A stretch of DNA of 63,996 nt, filler included, from Octopus bimaculoides (lineage: Eukaryota), in the NCBI RefSeq assembly GCF_001194135.2. It is 5 parts of 4 records of this genome, joined end to end, with 100 filler letters (N's around TTAATTAATTAA, not from the genome) between each part and the next. Parts side by side here need not be neighbours in the genome. Positions count along the whole stretch, not along the records: positions 1 to 28,639 come from NC_068988.1; 4 more parts are not named here. One strand, 5' to 3'. The position numbers and the translations under genes were made by a program. Numbering within the stretch: the stretch's first letter is position 1; each line of letters begins with the position of its first letter. The notes below the pieces were generated by a model, which was given only the letters and a program-made list of their open reading frames with translations, was not told the origin of the DNA and did not search any database. This document shows positions 12,570-25,541 of this stretch, one piece after another.

Positions 12570-12975
12570 GGAGTGGCTGTGTAGTAAGTAGATTGCTTAC
12601 CAACCACATGGTTGCAGGTTCATTCCCACTGTGTGGCACCTCGGGCAAGTGTCTTCTACTGTAGCTTCAGGCTGACCAAAACCTTGTGAGTGGATTTGGT
12701 AGACGGAAACTGAAAAAAGCCCGTCGTATATATATATATATGTATGTATGTATGTGTGTGTATATGTTTGTATGTCTGTGTTTGTCCCCACCAACATCGC
12801 TTGACAACCGATGCTGGTGTGTATACGTTCCCGTAACTTAGCGGTTCGGCAAAAGAGACCAATAGAATAAGCACTAGGCTTCCAAAGAATAAGTTGTGGG
12901 GTCGATTTTCTCGACTAAAGGCGGTGCTCCAGCATGGCCACAGTCAAATGACTGAAACAAGTAAAAGAGTAAAGG
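12570..12975 (+). mobile_element. SINE family C (tRNA-like head, internal TA/TG microsatellite, (GAGTAAA)-type tail)
   Basis: GGCTGTGT.GTAAG...GGTTCA.TCCCACTG head and GGCGGTGCTCCAGCATGGCC.CAGTC 3' core. Confidence 0.85.
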
Positions 12976-14737
12976 AGAGTAAAGAGTAAATTTGACAGAG
13001 TAATCTGAATGCTAATGGGTTAAAGGTAAATTAATTGCATCTGATTTAGGCACAAGCCAGCAACTATGAAGGGAAGAGGTTAGTTGATGCCTTACACCTT
13101 GCTCATGACTGATACTTTATTTTAATGATGCTAAAAGGATTAAAAACAAAGTATGAAACATAAAGGGGTGGAGAAAAACCTCTCCAAAATATGCATTTAC
13201 TGGAAACAAGATAGAATCAATGCTAAATATCTCAACAAATAAAAATTCATCGTTAACCCTTTTGCAAGATATTCTAGTTTTTCTTTGAGAAGGAAAAAGG
13301 AAGGGTTACTTGATTTCATTAACCCTTGTGATTGATTAGTATTTAATTAAGATGACACTCAGAAAAACGAAAGGTAAAACACCTTTGACAGATTTGAACC
13401 CAGAATGTAAAGGGTTGTATGAAAACATTACTGATTGTGCCAAGAAAAACAAATACATCTAATACATACATACAATAAGTTCTACAAATAGACACAAATG
13501 CATATATACAGATACATAGTATAATATATGCAACTGATCAAAAGGAAAGGAAAAATAAGACTTAACACATACACACATATATGGTCACACAAACAAGTGC
13601 TTTTTACAACAAGCTTAATATTCAAATTCATATTTTTCTGTTATAGTATTTATCCTGATTACAAATTGATCATCACTTAACTTTAGTGGCTAATTCTTAG
13701 GTGGCTTGGCAAGAATCCAGAACAGATTAGTTTAAGTCTTTTTTTCTCTTCCTGTCACTCCCTGTAATTCTCCTGTCTCCCCACCTCCCACCACCATCAC
13801 CACCACTCCATTTCTGTAACAGACACATACTTCATCGGAAGTAGCGTCTCCAATATTTTGAGCTAAGCAATACACAGTGGTTTCCAAGATTAATTTCTGA
13901 CATTATGTGCTGTCTGGGTTAATTTTAGTTATCTTAGCCTACTTCTGGCATTGAGAGGAACAATTCTTTGGCACAATTTAGACTGAAATTTTGAAGAGGG
14001 AAATAACAAAAAAGAAAATGAAAAAAAGTTTTGCAAACAAATCCAGAACTGTACAGTTATAGATATGTTTTATGTGTTCTCCATCCCCAGTGTGAAGATA
14101 AAAAAAAAAACTTGCTATACATACATATAAATGTGTATGAGGTTAAGACCTGCTCATATCTGACACTTTTATAAACTCCAGGACTTTTGATGCCCTCTTT
14201 GATAGAAATATAAGGGAGAGCTAATTGAGTAACTGATATTCATGTTCACATTAAATCTTTGGGCTGGCAGGAAAATATAATTTTTTACATTTTATTTTTA
14301 TTGTTGTGATGGCACCTGTGCCCAGCGTCGCCTCTCTGGCACTTGTGCCCGTGGCATGTGTAAGGACTTTTGAGCGAGATCGTTGCCAGTGTCCCTGGAC
14401 TGGCTCTTTTTTTTCGAACAATAAAAAAAAAAACTTGCTATACATACATATAAATGTGTATGAGGTTAAGACCTGCTCATATCTGACACTTTTATAAACT
14501 CCAGGACTTTTGATGCCCTCTTTGATAGAAATATAAGGGAGAGCTAATTNNNNNNNNNNCTCCATCTACTCCGCGTTTCGAAGGCAAGGACAATACGCGA
14601 CTTCGTTGGAGCAGTCCTTCCCACAAGCAAATTAATTAAAATTTGGAAATTTTTGCAGAGGGTGAAAGTGTAAACAAGAACAGGACAGTGAGAACAAGAC
14701 AGTAAAAACAAGACAGGACAGTGAGAACAAACGATAT

Positions 14738-14776
<39 letters not shown>

Positions 14777-15429
14777 AAGAGAGAGGGGGGGCAGGGATGA
14801 TGTATGGTTAGGTAATTTGAAAGAGTGTGGAGGAGTTATAGGGAAAGGGAAAATGGTATGGTTGTGGAGAAGAGACAATTTGGTGGTCTAACCCGTCAGC
14901 ATTCAGAGTATTCGGTCAAATGTGATGTTTGTTTATTTGTATTGTTTTGAATTAATCATGCATTATCTCATAGCTTTGAGATTTTGAGAATATACTTGTA
15001 CGTTTTCAGAATGACATTGTAGGGTAGGTAAGTGAGGTCAAATCTGGCCAGTTTAAATGCTGCTAAGGGTTAAAAAGGTAGATCGATGTAAAATGTAGAC
15101 AGTGATGACTGCATTAAGAATGAAGGACGGATATCATGTGAAACAGTTCCGGGCAATAAGCAGGATAAGTGATAACAGGGAAAAGCTGTTGAAGCATGCA
15201 GTTCTGTCCAGATATAATTACAGCAGCAGAATGCTGCAGTTAAAGAGATGATGGGAGGTGGGGGTTTGCTCGACTAAAGGCGGTGCTCCAGCATGGCCGC
15301 AGTCAAATGACTGAAACAAGTAAAAGAGTAAATGGTCAGATTACATCAGACTAACATGTTAACCAGTGGGATAGAGAAATGTTCCATTGTTAAAAAACAA
15401 GCAACATTTTATGACATATTTTCACTTAC

Positions 15430-15530
15430 CTGTAGCGGTAATAGCTGACAAGTATTCTTTCTCTTATTATTCCTTCTATTTTCATATCAGTCACTAGCAG
15501 CATCACACCGTACAAGAACAAAGATTCACA
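15430..15530 (-). CDS. WASHC5: WASHC5 internal exon (101 nt): [33 protein letters not shown](S)
   Basis: ttacAG acceptor and GTAAGT donor. Matches human [34 protein letters not shown]. Phase 0 start, phase 2 end. Confidence 0.95.
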
Positions 15531-15704
15531 CTGTAATAAATGAAAAGACATAAGTTTGTTGAACACACAAGAGATTATACAAAGGAGACACATGCATGCA
15601 CACACTCTTTTATTCACATATATATTTATACACAAAGGTAATTGTTTAAATCTTAAGAAGAGGCACCTTGCTGTACACAAGATCAGTTTATGACAGCAAA
15701 ATTG

Positions 15705-15948
15705 ATACTGGTACTGGTGCCATATAAAAACCTCTCATGCTGGTGCCATGTTAAAAGCACTGGTGCTCGTTCAACGTGAAAGGCACCCAGTACACTCTGT
15801 AGAGTGGTTGGCATTAGGAAGGGCATCCAGCTGTAGAAACCATGCCAGAACAGACAATGGAGCCTGGTGCGGACCCTGGTTTTACCAGCTCTGGTCAAAC
15901 TGTCATGCCGGCATGGAAAACAGACATTAAATAATGATGATGATGAAG
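15705..15948 (+). repeat. Family B retroposon 3' end, diverged
   Basis: Shared GGAAGGGCATCCAGCTGTAGAAAC core and GAT tail. Confidence 0.72.
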
Positions 15949-16495
15949 GTTTAGCCCATACCATTAAAACTGGTACTTAACTAACACTTCATTTTATCAA
16001 CCTTGAAATAATATAAGGTTAAGGTGACCTTGATAGGATTTGAACTCACAATGTAAAGAGTCAGAAGAAATACTGTAAAGTATTTTGTCTAGAACTCTAA
16101 GAATTCTATCAGTCTACAGCTCTGGAAGAAATGGAATAATTAAATAAAAAATGGCCAATATTTTAAAGAACTTGGAAAACAATCATCAACTATTTTAGAA
16201 TGACTGTGACAAAGACAACGATCAGTTACAGGTAACTGAGAGAATGGACAATACAAGTTATGTGTGGAGGCCTGTCACATGTATGTGTGTATTGTGTATG
16301 TATATATACAGGGTGCGGTGGGTAAATTGTTACCATTTAAAATTTTTAATTTCGCACATGTGCATTGTTTGTTTTTGATTTTGTCGACTACACAGTGTAG
16401 TAAGGTTGGTTGGGCACTGTCTAAAGGTAAGGCAGTTAGGAGGAGATCTGCAAGTGTTCTGCAACATTAGGACAGGAAGCATGAAATAACAGTGT

Positions 16496-16935
16496 GTGAA
16501 AGAGAACCAAGGTGCCATTGGTGAAAAGTGTATTCAGAACGATGAAGGCACACTTGACAAGAGAATAGTATGGAAGTGCGAATATGCAAAGCTACTGGAT
16601 GTGGAAAATGAATGGGATAAGGAGGGGCCACCTCATACTGACTCTACAGAGGAACCAACAATGCAAGTTGACAACAGTGTAGTAAATAAGGCAATTAAGA
16701 ATGTGAAGAGAGTTATGCTGATGTTCAGAATACCTGGTGAGGCAGGATACATGATTACCACTCAGATAGTTAATCAAGTTATACAGGAAGGTGTTATACC
16801 CAATGGCTGGCATAGCAGTATCATCGTAAACTATTATAATAGCAAAAGAGGTGCCTTACAGAGAGGAAACTATAGAGAGATCAAACTGCTAGATCAAGTC
16901 ACGGAGAAAGCCATAGCACAATTAATCAATTACAA
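16496..16935 (+). mobile_element. RTE-clade LINE RT N-terminal fragment
   Basis: VIPNGWHSSIIVNYYNSKRGALQRGNYREIKLLDQV corresponds to the non-LTR RT motif W....I...YK.KGD....NYR.I.L. Confidence 0.8.
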
Positions 16936-17199
16936 ATATATGTGTGTGTGTGTGTGTATCTATATATAATGAACATACATACACACACAAACACACACAC
17001 ACACATGTACACACATACATGAGACTCTTTGGTTTCCATCTACCAAATCCACTCACAAGGCATTGATTGGCTCAGATCTATAGTAAAAGTCACTTGCCTT
17101 AGTTGCCACACAATGGGACTGAACCCCAAACCATATTGTGTGGAAGTTAACTTCTTAACCACACAACCATGCCTATCTATACACAGACGCACATATATC

Positions 17200-17575
17200 T
17201 TTTATTCTTTTGTTTGACTGTGGCCATACTAGAGCATCACCTTAAAAAGTTTTAGTTGAAGAGATCGACTCCCAAGACTTATTATTCTATTGGTTTCTTT
17301 TGCCAGACTATTAATTTACAAGGACATAAACACACCGACATTGGTTGCCAAGTGATGGTGGTGGTGGGGGACAAACACAGACTAAAACACAAAAATACAC
17401 ACACATACACACTCACAGACAGGCTTCTTTCAGTTTCTGTCTACCAAAGCCACTCACAAGGCTGTGGTTAGCCCGAGACTCTAGCAGAAGCCACTTACCC
17501 AAGGTGCCACACATTGGGACTGAACCTGGAACCAAGTGGTTTGGAAGTAAGCTTCTTACCACACAGCCACACCTA
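17200..17575 (-). mobile_element. SINE family C
   Basis: Reverse complement of the family C consensus. Confidence 0.78.
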
Positions 17576-17597
17576 TATACATACATACATACGTACA

Positions 17598-17742
17598 GCA
17601 CCCACTACACTCTCTGAGTGGTTGGCGTTAGGAAGGGCATCCAGCTGTAGAAACTCTGCCAAATCAGATTGGAGCCTGGTGTAGTCAAATCGTCCAACCC
17701 ATGCTAGCATGGAAAGCAGACGTTAAAAGATGATGATGATGA

Positions 17743-17745
<3 letters not shown>
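17598..17745 (+). repeat. Family B retroposon 3' end
   Basis: Same core; runs into (AT)n. Confidence 0.8.
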
Positions 17746-17810
<65 letters not shown>

Positions 17811-18231
17811 TATATATATACATACATACACATATATATATATTTAGTTTTTAGTTGGAGTTATGAACTCTTTTTTTCAACATTTGTCTCCCCTTACACA
17901 CACTTCCTGTTTTGACACCACACTTCCTGCTTAACACAAACTTTTAATCCTTTTTTAAACCTAACACAACTCTCAATTCTCATGCATCCTTATTTTTCCA
18001 ACCATTATATACATGAATTACCATTGAACTTCAAAAGCTCAAAGACAATATAATGTATTGGTATAGTTATTTTTTTATATATTATTTTCTTCATTTTGTA
18101 CTTCTTTGTAAAAGACATTTTCATTCTCCCTCTTCTTGAAAATTTGCTTCGCAATGAAAGCCGGTTAGAGAAATCTTTATTAAAATATGTTTCCAGTTTA
18201 GCATTCTGCCTTATTATTATTTTTCATTTTC

Positions 18232-18266
<35 letters not shown>

Positions 18267-20807
18267 CCAGTCTCATATGGAAATCAAGTTTTTAATTCAA
18301 TTTTAAACTGATATTCTAACTTGACAGGAAGCCATGAGGATCTTTCTCTTTGACTTTGTGGTCTCCATCATTCAGATGCATACAGATAACAACTGCTAAT
18401 CATATTTCCAATGCTGCCTCTTTGCTCTCACTGTGATGCTGCCTAACATTGCATCATGTTTTACTGCTGCAAAGGAAGCACAATATAAGCTGGCAAGTTG
18501 AAAGACACCATTGAAATGTTTTATGAAACCAGAAGAAACCAAGAATTGATTTATTTCTCTGGGTCACCCCAAAACAATCAATGGCGAACAAAAACAATAT
18601 ATATATATATATATGTATATATATGTATATATAAGATTCACAATGATACCACAAAGTACAAAATGGGTGTTAACTCAGAGATGATGGTGTTGATAATGAT
18701 AATGGTAGTGTTGATGATGGTGGTGTTGATGATGATGATGATGTTGATGGCAACTGAGTGACAATGGTGGTGGCGATGATGATGATGTTAGTGGCGATAA
18801 TACATATCATTTCGCTTGTGTATTGTTCATTCCTTTAATGTTTTTCTCTTCTCGTTTTATTTTATTCTAGTTTTGCTTAATTTCCCATGATGCAGTAGAG
18901 AGTAGATAATAGTTTCATAATATATGACAAAATAAGAAGAAAAAAATGAAAAAATATAGTAAAAAAAAACAAACAGAAAGATAATATACTGAAAAAAAAA
19001 TTATCCAAATTCCTGCCAATACACCGAGAGTATGTAGCATATGGTATATAAGATTTTCTTTTCACCTATCAATCATCAACAAACAGTTTGGTTAAGTTGC
19101 TGCTATTTTCTGTTCAATGTCTCACTGCAGAAAGTCTTGGAGAAATTCCAATCATCTTTTGTTATTTTCTTCTTTCATTTATTTTTCTAAGTTTACATTA
19201 CTATAATTGTTATTAATATTATTATTATTATTATTATTATTGTAGTTATTGTTTTCCCCACTATTACTGTAAGCCATTGTTTTGTCACTTGAATGTAACG
19301 AGATCTAAATTACTTTAAAAAAACAAAAAAGTATTCTTTCTTTATGTTTTTTGTTTTCAATTTATTTGAAGCCTCACGATAAATTCCAATTGAGAAAAAA
19401 TTTCACATGAGAGCAGAAGGAGAAAAAGTCTTATGATATTTGTATATATTTGCGTAATTTAAAAAAAAAATATCAATTTTGCAGTCAGTTTTTTACTGAA
19501 TGGATCAACAAATTTTCTTAAGAGAGTGACAAAGCGTAGGTGTGGCTATATAGCTAAGATGTTTGCTTCCAAACTACATGGTTTTGGAGTCAGAACCATT
19601 GAGTGGCACCTTGGGCAACTATCTTCTACTAAAGCCTTGAGCTATTCAAAGCCTTGTCAATAGATTAGGTAGACATAAACTGAAAGAAGCCTGTCATATG
19701 ATTGATATATATATATGTGTGTGTATATATATGTGTGTGTGTGTATATATATATAATGTATATATATGTGTATATATACATTATGTATGTATGTATATAT
19801 ATATATATTTCGTATGTGTATTTCGTGTGCAAGATTCTTGATGTGGATACGTGTGTTGAAAGAAATACAATTAAACCCAAGGTTTAATTGTATATATATA
19901 TATATATATATATATAATGTGTACACAGTATATAGTCATGAGCTACTAATAGTTTCATACACTGGAGATGTTTTCTAGGCAGGTTTTAAATAACACACAT
20001 AGTGGCTCCAAGCAATCTCTGGGCTCTAGGTACATGGCCTATACAAGTTACTAATCAGGACAATAGAACAAGAGAAATCATTAAAAAAAAAAAAAAAACG
20101 GGAAGGCGGATGCAAAAATTGGAGGGAATGAAAGAAACAGGAAAAGAAAGGAAAAGAAGAAGAATTAGAGTTATGTCATCTTTGATCATAAAGCCATAAA
20201 GCTAGCTGATGTAGAATCAACAAAAGAGCTCTAAAGTCTGCAATACAACTGCTCTATCCAGAGAGGGTGGTGCTCTCCAGTTTGTCAAAAGAAACTTGTC
20301 CATGTGTCTGCATTTACTGAACATTTCTGAAAGGATGGAGAAGAAAACGATCACCTCTAAGGTGTACTCGTTGAAAGGAAAAAAGGAAGAACAGGTGGAG
20401 GCAGAAGTGGACACCCATTTCCCCATAAGAAAAAAAGAAAAAGAAAGAACAGACACCACAAAATTTAGAAGATCCCACCCTGGTGAAAAAGGATACAAAT
20501 GCATGGCGGAGAGAATGATGTCACTAAGTGATAGAGAAAAGGGAAAGGGGAAAAAGGATTGGACTGAAGAAGAAAAAGGACCTAGGACCCAGAGGCAGCG
20601 AGTGGTGTTACTCAGTGTGGGGTGAGTAGCATACTCTTCATAATATCATTTTTAGATATCATTCATGTTATCATATTTTAATTGGTTTTTCATGTCATTC
20701 ATTACATCAAATTTTATTTTTATATTTTTAATTGTTATATGTCCCCGCATGTGTTGTAGTGTCCCCCTCTGTGTAATGCCTTTATGGCAATTTAAAAGAA
20801 ATAAAGA

Positions 20808-21190
20808 AGCTTGCTTCCCAACCACATGGTTCTGAGTTCAGTCCCACTGCATGGCACCTTGGGCAATGTCTTCTACCTAAGCCTCAGGCTGACCAAAGCC
20901 TTGTGAGTGGATGTGGTAGATGGAAACTGAAAGAAGCCCGTTGTGTATATATATATATATATATATTTATGTATGTATTTATGTGTGTGTGTCTGTGTTT
21001 GTCCCCCCACCATTGCTTGGCAACCAATGTTGCTGTGTTTATGTCCCCATAGCTTGGTTTGGCAAAAAAGACTCATAGATTAGGTACTAGGCTTATAAAG
21101 AATAAGTCCTGGGGTTGATTTGTTCGACTAAAGGTGGTGCTCCAGTATGGCTGCAGTCAAACAACTGAAACAAGTAAAATAATAAAAGAA
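20808..21190 (+). mobile_element. SINE family C
   Basis: Same head, internal microsatellite and 3' core; CpG-depleted. Confidence 0.82.
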
Positions 21191-21447
21191 TATATTACTT
21201 ATTATTTTATAATGATGACCTTTGACATGGTTGAATGACCACTCCAAACCAGTTGGGATTCATAGTATGAGTTATCCTATTTATCCTTCCAATTGCTGAA
21301 TCCAAAATGTGGCTCATGAGAGCTCTGTTAGGGTAATTTTCCCTGAGTCACTATCCCACTCTTGTACACCAATTCATGTATAAACATACATAGAGACAGT
21401 ATAAACATACATTTTGGCTCAGTAATGAGCTGACCAAATGCCTTGTT

Positions 21448-21722
21448 CATGGGCCCGGGAACAGGGGGTGCAGGTGGTGCAAGTGCACCCCCTAGAATTT
21501 TTGCGGAGTGCAGAACCAAAATTTGCAGCCCTACTTATTTTACTCAGGTTTACAAAACCGTGAATAAAAAAGTGATGTGTAAAAAGTACCTTGAAGTTAG
21601 GTTCCTTCTCAAAGAACAAATCACAAAAATAAATAACAGAAAAAAAAAAACAAGACCAAATTTGTAAAAAATTTTGGACCTGGGTTTGCACCCGCTAAGC
21701 AAATTTCGTTCCTGAGCCACTG
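21448..21722. mobile_element. 275-bp hAT-type MITE
   Basis: Exact 8-bp TSD GCCTTGTT (21440-21447 and 21723-21730). Imperfect 15-bp TIR CATGGGCCCGGGAAC / CAGTGGCTCAGGAAC. Confidence 0.7.
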
Positions 21723-21897
21723 GCCTTGTTAGTGTTCTAAGGAAGACAAGAGATAGTAAATGTATCTTAGCTTGGCTAAATGATCTGTCACTGTTTCTGT
21801 ACAATTCAGATATAGTGTAAGAACCACAGTAGGGAGATGGAAATATACTTCTATTTATATTAGTAGATGGCATGAAGACAAGAATAATAGTACTTAC

Positions 21898-21982
21898 CAG
21901 TAACTGTTTACCATCTTCATTCAGTAATACACTCTCCAATGTCTGCTGGGTGTACACCCCTTCTTCGAGCTCTTCCAGAAAT
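21898..21982 (-). CDS. WASHC5: WASH complex subunit 5 (strumpellin), internal exon (85 nt): (R)[28 protein letters not shown]
   Basis: Flanked by tctcctcAG and GTAAGT. The peptide closely matches human strumpellin [29 protein letters not shown] (recalled sequence). Ends in phase 0, matching the next exon. Confidence 0.95.
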
Positions 21983-22131
21983 CTGAGGAGAATATGAGAG
22001 ACTGTATTTTAGAAACAAGAGTTCAAAATGAACGTTCCAGGTGTTGGTAATAACAAAAGTGTACAGCTTGTAAAAAGCTGACAAAAAAAAAAAATGGTAT
22101 CAACATAGGGAAACCAGGAGTAAAATATATA

Positions 22132-22866
22132 CGAGGTGCACTCAAAAAGTATCCAGTTTGGTTTTTTCTGCCAAAACTAATGCTGTGTGGGCAAAATTTT
22201 TCGTGTGGGAGGTGATGCCACTCTTCTTGTGTATGCAAAACTTGATGCAATATCTTGGTGAAATTGAAAATCCAGTGAGTGTACACTACATGTCTGTACT
22301 CATGGTGTAGTAGCTCTCTTTACTCTTTTATTTGTTTCAGTCATTTGACTGCAGCCATGCTGGAGCACCGCCTTTAGTCGAGCAAATCGACCACGGGACT
22401 TATTCTTTGTAAGCCTAGTACTTATTCCATCGGTCTCTTTTGCCGAACCGCTAAGTGACGGGAACATAAACGCACAAGCATCGGTTGTCAGGCAATGCTA
22501 GGGGGACAAACACAGACACACAAACACACACATATATACATATATATATATACATATATACGACGGGCTGCTTTCAGTTTCTGTCTACCAAATCCACTCA
22601 CAAGGCTTTGGTTAGCCCGAGGCTATAGTAGAAGACACTTGCCCAAGGTGCCACGCAGTGGGACTGAACCCAGAACCATGTGGTTGGTAAGCAAGCTACT
22701 TACCACACAGCAACTCCTGTGCCTACGGGAACTGAAGCAACCAACTGGCACAAAAATTTCCATACACGTGCAGGAAAGGTGGTGTCACTTCCCACCCACA
22801 GGATTTTGCCCACATGACTAGGTTTGGCAGGAGAAAATAAATTGGATACTTTTTGAATGCACCTTG
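22132..22866. mobile_element. Mariner-type MITE with a nested SINE
   Basis: Matching inverted termini CGAGGTGCACTCAAAAAGTATCCA and TGGATACTTTTTGAATGCACCTTG. Confidence 0.7.
22316..22725 (-). mobile_element. SINE family C nested in a MITE
   Basis: Close to consensus. Confidence 0.85.
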
Positions 22867-23979
22867 TGTGTGAGTATGTGTATATATGGCTATCTATAGT
22901 AAAAAAAGTGAAATTCTGCCTGTCTGTCTGGGACCCCTTTATCTCAGTCTACATTTGCTCTACATACACATATATCATTCTAGAATCAGGATGATCCCAG
23001 GATTGAAAATCTGCTCTTCATTTGGTTCTTGAACATCCAGCATTGGGATCTGATTTAATAGCATTTGGGTTGCTATTTCTAGCAGGTAAAGCTTGGTTGA
23101 TTAATGCTATCTTGATTGGCATTCGACAGATGACATGAGAGATCAAGGGAGAGACAAATGATATTCGCTTCATTAATTTTATATCAAGATAAGAACTCTG
23201 GGACAAGTTGGCCAACAGTTGAAATTCTAATTGGAACAATAGAATGATTGCATTACAGAATTAATTCTTATCCGTCCTTAACCTCTGATCAAACACCACT
23301 GGGGCATATAGTCATTACAGACGTATTATAGTCATGCCATTTAGTATTATTTAGTTTTGGGTCACAGGCCCAATTATCCCTCTGCAAGGAGTGCAGCTTT
23401 TAAGCTAGTACGTATTAAAAGTAAAAGGAAAAAATGCTTTGAGAACCTTATCATGAAGAAAAGAAAGAAAAGTGTTTTGATTTTCATCAAAATATGCTAC
23501 CAGTTTCAGTTGTTTTAAGTCAATTTTGTCATGCTGTGAGATAAAAGAAAAATCATTAAAGTAAATTAATCTTTCATTGCTATTCTACACAATCCGTTGT
23601 CAAACAACCATGAAGTAACATACAAAATATATTACAGAAAAACAAAAATTCAAATGTTCAGTAACAAATTGTATGTCAGCAAGTTGCAAATCAAACTAAT
23701 GTTAATAATATATATATGGCATGTTATTAACCCATTACCTACCAATGATCTCATATAAGATCACTTAAAAATTACAAATTTCGTAATTATCTGTCAATAT
23801 TTACACATATCTAACCTTTTTGCTATATCTACTAGGTATATTTCTCAGATATTCAAATGAGGTTTGCTTATTTTTCACTCAATATCTCGCTTATTTCTAT
23901 TTAAAATGTTATTTTGATCATTCCAGCATGTTTCTAAGGCTGTTTTATGCTAAAAAAATTCCAGTTAATAGAATTATGG

Positions 23980-24185
23980 GAGGCAGAATCATTAGCATGC
24001 CAGGTGAAATGCTTAGTGGCATTTCATCTGTCTTCAGGTTCTGAGCTCTAATTCTTCCAAGCTCAGCTTTGCCTTTCATCCTCTTGGGGTTGACAAAATA
24101 AGTACCAGTTGAGTACTAGGGTTGATGCAATTGATTTACCCCAACCCTTGAAATTGCTGGTCTTGAGCCAAAATTTGAAACCAAT
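23980..24185 (+). mobile_element. SINE family D, diverged
   Basis: Shared head and central core. Confidence 0.7.
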
Positions 24186-24838
24186 AATGTATAAGTGTAT
24201 ATTCTTATAACAAACCATTAATACAATTCACAAATCCATTAGTGAGCCAATAAAGCGGCCAGTATGTCATCATGCACTCAACATGCTAGAAATAGTAGTA
24301 AAATCTCTCTCAAATCATATCTGTCAATTTTTATTAAAAAAACACAAGGACATTCTTACAATGCACTCAACATTTCATATTCTCGTGTCTCCACTCACTT
24401 TTATTGCCTTCATATCCTGAAGGTCAGTTCTGCACCCCATCACCACTATTTTTATCTCTTTCCAGCCCCATCCTGGCCACTCATTCTATTTCTTCTATAA
24501 TGTAAGTAATTGTGTTGCTCCTCTATACCAAAAAACTTGTTCTGTTCTGGCTTCTTTCCTAACACTTTAACCCCTTCATGTCACAGCATAAAGCCACTTC
24601 TCTTTCTACTGAAGAATTACTCCATCAAAGGGAATCTCAGTCTTACAGGATGTATGACAACCTCACTAGTGCTGGTGCCATGAAAAACTGCACCTAATAC
24701 ATTTGTAAAATGGTTGGTACTAAGATGGGCGTCCAGCTGTAGAAACCATGCTGCCAAAGCAGACGTTGGAGTATGATACAATCCTTGGACTGGTTGGATC
24801 CTGTAAAACCACCCAATCCATGGTATGGAATATGGCTG

Positions 24839-25066
24839 TTAACCCTTTAAATATTTAAACTGGCCATATCCAGCCAAAATATTCTATTTGCTTTATGTTC
24901 AAATGGGCCAGATGTAGCCTCTCACACCGACCCTACAATGTCATTCTAAAAATACACAATCACATCATTGAAATTTCAAAGCTATGAGATAATGCATGAT
25001 TAATTCAAAACAATATGAATGAATAAGCATTACTTTTGAGAGAATTATGTGAATGCTAAAGGATCA
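24839..25066. mobile_element. piggyBac-like MITE (TTAACCC terminus); a reverse copy lies at ~14885-15072
   Basis: Starts TTAACCCTTT...TTTAAACTGGCC and ends ATGCTAAAGG. The same internal sequence occurs inverted at 14.9-15.07 kb. Confidence 0.55.
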
Positions 25067-25151
25067 AATAAAGATGATGATAATATATATACATACATAC
25101 AGACAGACAGAAGAAAGAATCAATTGAAATCCTTCAGTCATGTGACTATCT

Positions 25152-25541
25152 TGTTTTGTTGTTGGCACTCCGTCGCTTACGACGTCGAGGGTTCCAGTTG
25201 ATCCGATCAATGGAACAGCCTGCTCGTGAAATTAACGTGCAAGTGGCTGAGCATTCCACAGACACATGTACCCTTAACATAGTTCTCGGGGATATTCAGC
25301 GTGACACAGTGTGACAAGGCTGACCCTTTGAATTAGAGGCACAACAGAAACAGGAAGTAAGAGTGAGAGAAAGTTGTGGTGAAAGAGTACAGCAGTGTTC
25401 GCCACCATCCCCTGCCGGAGCCTCGTGGAGCTTTAGGTGTTTTCGCTCAATAAATACTCACAACGCCCGGTCTAAGAATCGAAACCGCAATCCTATGACC
25501 GCAAGTCCGCTGCCCTAACCACTGGGCCATTGCGCCTCCAC
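25152..25541 (-). mobile_element. SINE family A, full length
   Basis: 11-bp TSD TGTGACTATCT at 25141-25151 and 25542-25552. Confidence 0.9.

Noticed and set aside
13690-13875. Possible extra WASHC5 exon (AG|CTCAAAAT...AAAG|GTTAAG, with a DEVC-like string)
   Set aside because: Stops in all three frames, and the flanking true exons already splice in frame without it.
20296-20625. 109-aa Lys/Glu-rich ORF
   Set aside because: Purine-rich, probably a decayed LINE 3' end; no diagnostic motif to support a call.
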